Shown piece by piece: positions 14,401 through 25,205 of a stretch of DNA of 64,000 bases (positions are counted from its first letter, which is position 1; every line of letters starts with the position of its first letter). The notes under the pieces were generated by a model, which worked only from the letters and a program-made list of their open reading frames with translations, did not search any database and was not told the DNA's origin. The stretch lies in NCBI GenBank assembly GCA_050084515.1, contig CM114271.1, positions 32,984,001 through 33,048,000 of the forward strand. The letters are read 5' to 3'. This DNA is from Blasia pusilla. Taxonomy: Eukaryota. The position numbers and the translations under genes are program-made.

Positions 14401-14557
14401 CCGCCAAGAAGCGCTTCCAGGGCAGAGTATTCATTCTATCGCTCACCCTGAGGAAGCGGAAGGCAGCAGTCGGCAGTTCACACACTTAATCAGATCAAGC
14501 GGAGATGGGAAGGAGATCAATAGAGGTAGAACTGTATGGAGGCCTTTGCTGCCATAA
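11473..14557 (+). CDS. FAT: Plastid acyl-ACP thioesterase (FatA/FatB family), 7 exons, ~378 aa
   Basis: Exons 11473-11907, 12547-12665, 12833-12946, 13164-13259, 13489-13579, 13690-13758 and 14345-14557 join in frame. Motifs: FRERFVVRFGEVG...SLETLSALLQE, RMHIEVDRYPVW.D.LEIDTW, RRDW.VRD, WVLMNPRTRRLSKI, DMNQHVNNVRYLSWMLESIP, ITLEYRQE, EINRGRTVW. The A versus B subclass is not resolved. Confidence 0.9.
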
Positions 14558-14705
14558 GCATCTCATTCTCTGCATGTCTCTAGTCCAAAACATTTTCACC
14601 CGTTTATTATAAACGAAGTAAAGAAATTTACTTTCTAATGGCATCGTGCAAAGATGATGCTCTGCAGCCTGTTGCTTCCCCCGTCGCTAGATTGTTAGGC
14701 TGAAT

Positions 14706-14968
14706 CATGTCACAATGTCGGCTTTTCGGCCCAATTGTAGTTTTTGTTTTTGGAATCGCAGTCTCCTACCATCCCACGGAAGCCAAGAAATTTTCTACTC
14801 CGGCCAGTCACTGTTGCCTTTCTCCCACAACATCCATTGCTGAACCATGTCACAATGTCAGATTTTGGACCCAATTGCAAAGCAGATGTTGTTTTTGGAA
14901 TCGCAGTCTCCTACCATCTTCCTCCACGGAAGCCATGAAGTTTTCTCCCTCAACGTCCATTGCTGAGC
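14706..14968. repeat. Imperfect tandem duplication (~140 bp unit) in the FAT 3' region
   Basis: catgtcacaatgtc...cccaattg...gtttttggaatcgcagtctcctaccatc...cacggaagcca...tccattgctga occurs twice, starting at ~14706 and ~14847. Confidence 0.8.
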
Positions 14969-15810
14969 GAGGCAGACTAATCCCTGCATAGCAGTTGTCT
15001 ACGTACTGGAGAAATTACCAACGCCACTTCCTGTTACGCACCTGGTTTCGAAACCTGGCTGCCTACTGGAGGTGACGAAAATGAGCGTCTCCCCAGTTCT
15101 CCTGTGAAGAGCCCGCATTTGTCCTGTATCCTGCCGGTCTATTTCGGTATTGTTATAGTCTACAACGTGTCTCTCTGTGCCTGGTAGGTTTGAGCACTGC
15201 TCTGCGTTGCCAATGGAGAAGCCTCAAGAGAGATCGTGGTCTTTCTTTAACAATATATGCGGTGGAAACAAGAAGTTGGCAGTTTCAACGAGTAGACGGT
15301 ATCTGAGAAAAGCACTTCCAAAGTCGTTGGAGACAAGCATGCCCAGCCCTATCACACCCGACCTCCCGCTTCACGCCTCTGTCCTCCACGTTTTCGTCGT
15401 GGCATTGCGATCATGGCCCGTCCAAAAGACGTTGATTCCAGTCAAATGTCCATGACGATTCAAAGATTCGCGACGTCCAAATTGGAGATAATTGCGGGAG
15501 CGTGATTCATAAGAGGTTGCAAAATCCTCCCTCGCTGTTCTCTTGTGATTATCAGACTTTTACGCTTTACTCCGTATGTCACGTTCAATCAGAGATATCC
15601 TGCATCTCAGTCCCACAGGTCTGGTTTCGATCGGGACTGCAACTCCCCATGTCAAACTTCATGGCAAAAATTGACAAGTAGGCGAAGATCGGATTCAGGC
15701 TTCAACTTCGCTGCATTTCGGTATCATTTCTTGTCCGCGACACTCTTTTGTTCGACGTCCGATTTTGAAAGATTTGGCCGATCGTCGCACACGTTTGATT
15801 CTTCGAAACG

Positions 15811-16116
15811 TCAGCCAGACAAACGATTCAATTCAAGGGCATAGGGGGAGCGCGTCGCAAGATCCTCTGGTGAATTAGCGGGGGAAAGATCCCGAAGCTT
15901 TCTCTTGGATAGGCCGAGTTTCATGAACCACAGCATCTGAAGCCTAACGAAGTCGGCCGGAGGGCATAACGTGCGAGAGATGGTGACGATGTACAGGCTC
16001 CACTTCTTGCAGACACGACGCAAGTGCACGAGATTCACGAGCGGCACTTTTCTGAGTACCAGTTCCAGCAGGTGGTCAGGCAGCAAGCCCCATGGCACTG
16101 GGTTCAGGCTCGCCAT
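15811..16116 (-). pseudogene. F-box gene, truncated; probable pseudogene with decayed downstream coding remnants to ~15200
   Basis: The N-terminus PWGLLPDHLLELVLRKVPLVNLVHLRRVCKKW fits the F-box consensus (W..LP..L...IL..LP...L...R.VCK.W). The ORF stops after 101 aa and downstream frames are broken by stops. Confidence 0.7.
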
Positions 16117-18132
16117 CGCTGAAAGGACCCAGACGAGCAGATACTCACGCTACGGCATGGCTTGCACATCGCGGAGGCATCGATATCCAGGCGGGAGATC
16201 CATTCGCGGACCTGCGTCAGGGACAGTGTTCTCACAATGCCAGTGGTTTGCTCTCCTGCTTTGCAAGTGCAATGAGTCATCCGAGCATAACCTCCTTATG
16301 AGGGAATGTTTGTAGGGACCATGTTCACGCAAGGGCAGTGCTGTCCTCCTCTAGGCATACATTATGAGTGTCAGACACAGTCAATGCAACCTGACGAGTT
16401 GCAAGAAGTTTTTTTCCACCAAATTCTACTTGGAATCCGATGGGTTGCAAATTGTTATTTCCCACATAGTTCTTCTTGAATCCCATTATAAGGATAATGG
16501 GATGTTTATTAGGAAAGGGACCATGCCAACTATGGAAATTTGAAGAGTAAGAGACACGAAATGAGTGCGAATATGATTCTCACGAACCTATTAGGAGACT
16601 TTCTTGACTTGGATCTTACAGGCCGTCTCTCCTGAAGGAAAAATTCATCCAGAAACCAATTTTTTGATAAAACAATTTTGTCGCACTTCTTAAATGTGGG
16701 AGAAACGCTCACGTCTATTGCAACTTCACTTCCAGGCATTCGTGCCATGTTAAGGACACTCCTACTATGGCATGCCTCAACGCAAGGAATCCCTCTCGAT
16801 GCAGGAAGACTCCGACGATTTTAATAGGATTTTCGATATTAATGACGTTCTTATAAATTCCAATAGTATGGATGATTTTAACATGGAGGGACAGAAAAGT
16901 TCTCGAATGTGATTGTGATGAGAAAGCAGAGTGCATCCCTAAAGACGTGTTGGTAGTTAGCAGTCGAGGCAGCATGCACACGTCCATACCAAGGCCTACC
17001 TGGTGATTTCAGTTGACCAATGATCATAAGCTTTCAGCCGTGGGAAGAGTAAGAGAAGATGGTACGCAAGGCAAGATCGGCATCGCAAAGAGTGCTCCAC
17101 GAATCCTGCTCTGGGGATTACATCCTGACGTACATCGTGATTGCCAGGTGATGGGGAACCCTATCTCCATTTTGGAGAGTTGTCGTGTTTAGGAGCCAAG
17201 ATATGAATCCGGAATGGCAGTGAAGGAGAGGACACGACCACCCTGTCCAAAACATATTGAACACAATGAAGATCAGGTCGTGCTTGCACACATGCTGAGG
17301 GAGAAACTTGTGAGATTGCGCCGCTGAACCTCTACCTGCTGCCGTAGAGAAGAATCTCAAGCGTGTGATCCTGGCAATATTCCAGAGGATTTGTTCTGTG
17401 CTTCAAGATCCAATCGGTTCACCACTGGGCATCTTACGTACTGTTTATTGTTGCAATGGCATAATGGCTTCTAGCAGCAGCTCGATGAGAGTTGTAGCCA
17501 GCTCAGGAACATGGGCCTGACGTAGCTCTATCCAACACAGTCCAAACCATTCAGATTCTGTTTGCCTGTTATGATTTTCATGCTCATGGCAGTTGGAACC
17601 AAATGTTGAGTGAATTCAGGAATTTTACTGTCTGCTATCATCAATCTCTTGCAGCTCTGGGAACATAAGAGCCATTTGCACCGAAACTTTCTTATGACGG
17701 GAACGAAACCATTGGAGAGGGTGGTGGCGTCACCAAGGATCCATGGCTACTCACAACCCAAGACTTCCACAATTGAACTTGTATTGCTCATCCTCCTTCC
17801 TTTAATGAACATCCCGCACAATGAACAAAGCAGAGTGCTGCTGTGAGTCCCTGAATTCTGTCATTTCCATTACCATTGTAGTAAGGGTATGATTGAAGTG
17901 GAAAATCCTGAGCTCCAGCCTCCAAAGCAGCAACCCTAACTTGATGACACCAGATGCGACACCCCAGCGCGCATCTGATCGATCGGCAGAGTAGCAAGAT
18001 ATGGCAAGGGGAAAGGAGACTCGTTCGAAGCAGGAATCTTAGCTAAGATCGCCACAATCTTTCGAACTAGCCAGAGCGCAAGTCCGAATCTGCAAGCCCA
18101 AGAAGCGAAACACGGTCGATGACGTCCATCCT

Positions 18133-19446
18133 CTAGTCACCCGCAGCAATCCGCTCTCGATATGCCTCATCTGCAGCCTCTTTCCTGATCACCTCCTCCC
18201 AGTTTTCTCTATTAATGAAGTCAATGGGGATTCCTGTGCCGATTCTCAGCCCAGGCTGCACCAAACCCTCGCTCGTAACGATTCGAACTTCGACTCTGTA
18301 CTGCACGTCGCAAAAAGCTGCCTCCATCGGGCTCTCTCGAGTTTCCGAGTCTCTGGAAACCGGGCACACTGATCCAAAATCTGCAGACGGGCTACTGCGA
18401 TCCCCGTCGATTCCACTCTCACCATTACTCCAGTGACCAGCGGAAGATGCAAGTGAGACTCCAGTCAGCTTCTCTTCTCGGCAGTCGACCGAGATTCCTG
18501 GCTTCTCCTCACCCACAATAGTCATCTCGTTGGTTTTGAGGTTTAACCTAAAAGCGACATCACGAGACAGTGCTGCACTGCCGTTCGCTTCGTTGATTTG
18601 TGTGGTGAGTTTGCCATCTCCTGTCAGCTTCGCATGGTTCTCTTCCAACTGCTCCCACGTGAATAGTAAGGGGAGCGTGGAGCCTCCCCATGGATTGAAG
18701 TCCAGCAACTTCACCCTGGAGTCTTTCGTCACATAACAGTCGAATGTGAAGTTAGGAGCTGGAAACTTGCCTCGTATCTCTTCGTGGAAGAAATCGAAGA
18801 TGGCGAATTCATAGTCCTCCTCTGCACCCACAAGCGAAGGATAGAATCCTGTCACCTCTCTTTGACATATGCCTACCAACACTCCTCCGCGCACGAACGC
18901 GCGAAACTCGAGCTCTGGCCTGAGCTCGTACCACTTTCGGAGAGCTAACACCACCACATCCGGGCGGTCCTTGGACTTGTCCTCGCAGGAATCGAAAGCG
19001 CTGCAAAGGTCGTGAGTGACACTGTCTGAAGCCTTCAACAGCAGCAAGATCTCCCCGAAGTTGTGGCACTTCAGATTCCCCGATGTGCTAATCCAAGTCG
19101 TGTCCTTCGGAGCAGTCCAATTCAGCTTCGGGAAAACGGCCCCTCCCAACTTCTCGATGGAAGCCTTAACATCCCTCTCCAGCTCCAGAAACGACGGCAC
19201 CTCCGGCTCTCCCTCGTCGTCGTCCTCCTCCTCCCAACGGTCGTAGTCTTCGCTCTGCAGCTCCGGGCATGTCACCGTGGTCCGCGTGGGCATAGCTTCG
19301 CTCGAGCGCGAGAGGAAGAGCCCATCTTCCAAGAGGTAATTCACGAACGCCTCGGGCAGAACGTGAATTCGAGTGCGAAGCGAAACTCGGCGAAATCGGG
19401 GATACCACGTCTGAATCTGACACTCCAAAACCTCCGCTTCTCTCAT
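18133..19446 (-). CDS. CDC123: Cell division cycle 123 (D123 family, ATP-grasp eIF2 assembly factor), intronless
   Basis: Single ORF (457 aa from 19506). The conserved start is probably MREAEVLECQIQTWYPRF at 19446. Motifs: LGGAVFPKLNWTAPKD..WI, LLLKASD...HDL, LALRKW, EFRAFVR...LVGICQRE, FTFDCYV....VKLLDFNPW...TLPLLFTWEQL. Confidence 0.93.
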   Translation of the reverse strand: MREAEVLECQIQTWYPRFRRVSLRTRIHVLPEAFVNYLLEDGLFLSRSSEAMPTRTTVTCPELQSEDYDRWEEEDDDEGEPEVPSFLELERDVKASIEKLGGAVFPKLNWTAPKDTTWISTSGNLKCHNFGEILLLLKASDSVTHDLCSAFDSCEDKSKDRPDVVVLALRKWYELRPELEFRAFVRGGVLVGICQREVTGFYPSLVGAEEDYEFAIFDFFHEEIRGKFPAPNFTFDCYVTKDSRVKLLDFNPWGGSTLPLLFTWEQLEENHAKLTGDGKLTTQINEANGSAALSRDVAFRLNLKTNEMTIVGEEKPGISVDCREEKLTGVSLASSAGHWSNGESGIDGDRSSPSADFGSVCPVSRDSETRESPMEAAFCDVQYRVEVRIVTSEGLVQPGLRIGTGIPIDFINRENWEEVIRKEAADEAYRERIAAGD

Positions 19447-22400
19447 TTCCTCGTCCCGCTCGGCACCGCTCGAAGATGCTCGTGCCGAATCACAGGCCCA
19501 TGCCAACCCCTGATCGGAGCTCGAATTCCACGCGCTTCACAATCGCTGTCGCTGTTTAGGCTGTGGCGCTCATGGGAATTCAATCCTTTGCTTCGGAATT
19601 CCCCTCTGTTCCGCTCTTCCTTTGAGAACTTGCTCTCTGCAGCGCAGAGAAACCCAGAGGTTTCAGGGTTTGAAATTAGGGCAACCTCTCGCTCCTCCTC
19701 GTACGTTGGCACTTGTTTTTTAACACTTGTCATTTTGAAAAGGAAATTAAAATTTAAAAGAAATAATAAAATTAATATCACCATGATATAACATGGGCAC
19801 CTACTAATATTTATTATTAGAATTACATTATATACTATTAGATCATTTTAAATGGGTGTTTTGAATTATGTATCATTACATTTATTATAAACTATTTCTT
19901 ATTAGACACATGTCAAATCAAATGGAGTATACATCCATAAGAGGAGTTTGAATATTGAATGGCTATTCCTCAATAACAATATAGACATATGAATTTTCAT
20001 TTTCATAAAGAGTCTAATGATTATAATATTATAAATTAGCCCATCATATCATTAGGGCTTTACATAGATGCTATATTTAAAAGGTGGCATTTTCTTGGTT
20101 TGTTGACACCCCTTCTCTTCTTGCATTAAGAAAAATAAAATTTCTTGCTAGGATCCTTGTGTGAGGTTTCCCTCTTATGCCTAGTGGGATAGATGTATTG
20201 ACTTCTCGCTCTATTGCAATCTATATTATAATTTGAGGAGTGCTTCTAATATTGCGAGTATGAGATTGTATGACACGTGTCACCCTAAACCCGACCTCTA
20301 TACACCCTAAAACGCAGCGCGTACGTGTTTGTATCTGCAGAGGGTATACGTTTCACGACCGGAGGCACGTACATGCACAAGACCGTGCGATGCTCGGTCC
20401 CTCATGGGCACTAACTAGTGGTATTAAAGGAAGGATATTTTTGGCTATATGGTATTTGTGGTTGAAATATACATGGGTTGTCATTAGCACATATATAAGA
20501 TCCATCTATCCTCTAAATCCTCAAATATCTATGCATGAACAATCGGACATAGAGTTTATGTAACCGAGAGATGTGAGTCAATACTCTCCAAAGATGAAAT
20601 ATGTAATTTCAATACCAATCATAACCCAATTTTAACTTAAGAGAATATAACCTTAATATACCAAGATAGCCTATCTCTAATGTCTTGCGGATATCACTCT
20701 CTCGTTTCATCTTTGTGGCTCTCATATCCAAAGATGGACTCTTAACGAACTTTATTATGAGTATACTCTCCTTGGAAAATCTCTTAGGCAGCTTGTATGC
20801 ACATACTCATATGAGATTACATAGGACCTTGAGGACACCATATACTCTCTCATCACATCATGACACATGATCCTCTCCACACAAAAAAGTGAGAACAAAA
20901 GAAAATTCCTTATAACAAAGGATTCTCCCTCTAATGAAAAATCTCCCATGAGCCTCGTCCGTCCAAGAGACATCACCACCACAAAGTCACCTAAATGTGC
21001 GCCATAAGACACCTAATGTTTAAGTCATTCACGCTAGTAAAGACCTTCAAAGAAAATCTTAAAGGCGGACCAAATTTGAGAGAGTTTGATAAGCCCACCA
21101 CAATTAAAGCCTAAATTAACTAATTGCAAGACTAGAGTGGATTGTAGAACCTACCGTGGGACTATATTAAATTAAGAAGGGCTGGTGCCTTGAATTCTGA
21201 TTGGGAGAAAGGAGGCATAGACACCCATTCATGAGGATAAATGGCAAAGTAGATGGAAAACCTTTGAGCCTTATGGAATCTACACTTATGTTAAGAAACT
21301 TTCTTATTTTAATAAATTTATATTATTCTTGGACTGTGCCTCTTCATTCTATCACTCTTCTTTCACCATTCAAATTGATTTAAAATAATACTTAAAAATT
21401 CTAAAAATTATTTTAAAACTCTAACAATTATTTATAAATTTAAATTTAAATTTATTAAAAAATGATAAATTTTAAAATTTAAATTTCTGCATGAGAGATA
21501 TGATTGAAATGCCATATTCCATCGCCGCTTTCTGAAACCTTCTATTCTAACTAGTATGCGGCCAATGTAGTATGACTAAGTAAGGTGTTACTAAATACAT
21601 AAATAGATTAGATTCTATACAAGGTGCGTCTAAGTAAAATTGCAAGTGAAATGTATTTGAAGCTTATTGAATGGAGATGAATGATAACTTAAGGCATTGG
21701 TATCACTGGTTAAATTTATGTGAAGAATATTGAATGGACATGAATGATAACTTAAGGCATTATGTTTTACTGGAAACAATCACAAAATAGTAGAGTCTCA
21801 TAAGTGAGCATTGGTTGGGTTTGTAGAATAGTAGAGTCTCATAACACTTTGATAGACGTAAGCTGGTTTGTGCTGAATTTTCTGTGTTGAATGAGGGCAA
21901 GAGGTTTCTTTAGCTTGACTTTGAAGTGTACCTACAGTTGGAGAATTCATTATGTGTAGTTACACAAGTATGAGTGTGAAACAAAAGGTGAAGTAAAATC
22001 TAGTGTGCACCGAAACTGATACTAAATGCTCATATATGCTAAAAGAGCAAGTAGAGTTAAACTGATGAACAGGAGCGAACATTGTAGATATTAGTACTTT
22101 TACTAAGTTGAAAAATAGCACTCCTACATAATCTGGAGATTCATATTGAAAGATAACTCAATTTGCCACTGGAAATATCAGTTCCTTAGTGCAATCCACA
22201 GGAGTCAAAACTTTTAAAATGAGGAGCTAATATCTGAGAAATTGATTGAAAGTTCTGAATGTGGAACCAGTACAAACTTGACAGAAGAGTTTGAAGTGAA
22301 AACTTTGCCATGACAACAACATGGAACTAAGGCTATCCCATAACTGGCCTTAGAGTTTCAAAAAAATCACATGCATGTAGTAGTGATGCATACACACACA

Positions 22401-24806
22401 ACTAATGTGAAGAACTAACTCCTCAACATGAACTGAATTACAAGAAGTTGAAGCTTAAGTCTAGGATCATTAGCAAGTAAAGGAGCAACATCTTTGGAGA
22501 ACTCCTTAAACTGATCTCTTGCTGCTCTTAAATTTTCCTCTGCCATCTAAATCTTTTGGAGTTTGTTCTTATTCTCTTCATATGCATTGTCCAACATGTC
22601 TTGTAAAGCTAAAATCTCTCTTGACAACTAAGCTGCTCTGTTCTCTGCATCACTAAGTGCTCTGGAAATGTTGTGGTAAAAATTTAGTGGAACTGATGGC
22701 TGCCTAAATGTATGGTGTAGCTGATTTGGAGGACCAAGGTCTAAATAAATGTCCACATTGATGTCTCGTTGTGTACTTGTATGAGAGCCAGATGTGTTGT
22801 AATTGGGCCTTCTTGCTGGTATGCATGTTCTCATATGGTGGATCTGAACAGAACAAACGGAAAATTTTGTTCGAAAGGGTGCCTTAAAATACATGGGGAT
22901 GTAATACATACTTATAACAACTCTAGAGATGACATGCACTGTAATGAAAAGCTAATAGATTAAACACTTAACTTGCAAGGAAGCTAAAATCTGAAATGCT
23001 GACTAAAATACATGATAATTCTCAATGATGCCAAATACTAAGAATTGCACTAGTACAAATTCTGTTGAGACTTTACCAACATTATGTGGAAGTGGCTAAT
23101 AGTTTCAATAGGAGTAGACAAACTGAACACTAACAAAGTACAAGCAAACTGAACCTTAAAGATTAGATGCATATAGTTATGTATAGTGTATCAGTGTAAA
23201 TGAAAAAATTGCAACATGAAGATCCTTGAAATTTTGCTATAGTGAATATCTTTAATATCAATCATTTAAAATGACACAAAGAGAAAGTGATGTACTTCAC
23301 TCCGAATTGAGAAAACGTGCATGCACAACAAAATGTAGTAGCAAGGTTCATGGATGATCAATCAGAACATATGAAAAGGAAGTGAAAATGTATATAAAAG
23401 CGGTATAGTCGGAAGAGATACTTGATGATACAATATCATATTACGGTGTATCAGAAGATCTTGGCAAGAATAAACATGGTCCAAAGTGGCAAAATTCTAT
23501 GAATAATGCAGTAGTGAAGACTAAAAGTGGATGTATCATGTCTGGATAGATATTGGCTGAGCATTCTGCATGAAGAACATATCATATTACAGTCATGATG
23601 ATACACCTGGAATGCACTAAACAAGAACTGAAATGAATGTAGTAAAAAGAAACATGTCTGTCAAATTTGCAAATTCTCATGAACATGAAACACAAGAAGT
23701 TGAGGTGAACCTGCTTGCACATTTGCGCTTGTTTGGTGAAGAAACTATCCCACTAGGATCGGAGGATGGACCTGGAGTAGATTTGTCACTTGGGAAGTCA
23801 TCAATGATGATTGGATTAACCTGAGTAGTGGCTGGAACAGAATTTCTTGCAAATGTAGTGGTTGGTTGTGATGGATCTGGTGCAATATCATCACGATCTG
23901 GTAGAGTGGGTAGATTGTGTGGATCATGAAGGTTAATAGGCAATAGCTCAATGTCAGGAAGCTGACGAGCTTCTTTAGCTGATTTCATGCGTTGCCTTGA
24001 TTGAATTTAGATCAATCAACATGCTCAATGGTAGATGCATCTCATGTCTGAGCGTGCGGAGTTGATCCAATCTGATCCCTTCCGAGACAACACTAAAAAA
24101 ACTTTGCACCGTCCTTTCGTGTCAATGTAGTTTCTTTGAAATCTACATTCTTGAACCTCAGTGTTTCTTTCTGGATTCTTGAGAATCAAAGCAATAAGGC
24201 TAATGTTAATAATTGAAGAGTTCAACTGAAAAGAAACTGAGATGAAATTGATAGTCTACATGTTGTAGGTCCATCCTTATTGATGTGCCTGAATTTAGAG
24301 TCCCAAATTTGGCCTTGACCAATCAAGGTATGAATTTTCCGTCGTGTAAATCCATATCCCTAGAACGTTGGCTGATATATTGGGTTATCTAAGTACTTCA
24401 TGTGGTTTTCAATGGGAGTTGTGAAAAGTGGACGTATATCATGCTGCTATACATGAAATTATGTCCTCCAGTATCATGCTCGCAAAGTCCAAATAAGAAC
24501 TTGGAACCTGCAATACTATGTTAGATTGTTATAAAGTACATATTCTAAGGAACGAACCAGGTAGTTGAACTAGATTACTTGCTGGGACTGAACTTCAATG
24601 TCGTATGGATATAGTGGTGCCTAGGGCACAACTAATGTGGGATTAGTCTCGTGCTCATAGAGTGGAAGACCATGTCCAACCTACAATGTGCTCTATGTGT
24701 AGGCAACCTTTCTTGACTGTTGTAACCCTCGTCCTCTAGATGAGTTGGCCCGAGAAGACATGTTCTAAATGCAACAAAGAAATGTGTTTGTGAGTACAAA
24801 ATATTT

Positions 24807-25205
24807 CTAGAACATTGTAATGAATTTGAAATGAGATGGCTCTAGTGTACCAAAAATCCTTAGATTATCTCTAGACTTCACACGAGATAACATAACATAG
24901 GCAAGTCTTAGTGCAAAAACTGATCTAATGACAAGGAGACGATGACCAACTATAGTACATCCTTGAATTTTATATCCCGTGATAGCATACCCAAGAATAA
25001 GTGGAATTTTTTTCTTCATACACTTTTGGTTAGAGTTATACTTGAGAGTTGCAAACTTTGTCCTTGAAATTGTAACAAGTTTGTCGCTAGATAAAATTCT
25101 AACTACAATTCTTACTAGTTCATCATCTTTGTACAGTGAGTCGGACACAATCCCCAAATATTCATTGGCTGCTTGTAATTTCAAGTCTATATTGCAAGTA
25201 AGCAT
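24807..25205 (-). pseudogene. Helitron PIF1-type helicase, C-terminal motifs only
   Basis: IPLILGYAITGYKIQGCTI...AYVMLSRVKSRDNL matches the superfamily-1 PIF1 motifs PL.L.YA.T.HK.QG.T and YV.LSRV. Confidence 0.85.

Noticed and set aside
19063..19791. 242-aa plus-strand ORF
   Set aside because: It is the antisense shadow of the GC-rich CDC123 coding region and has no recognisable motifs.
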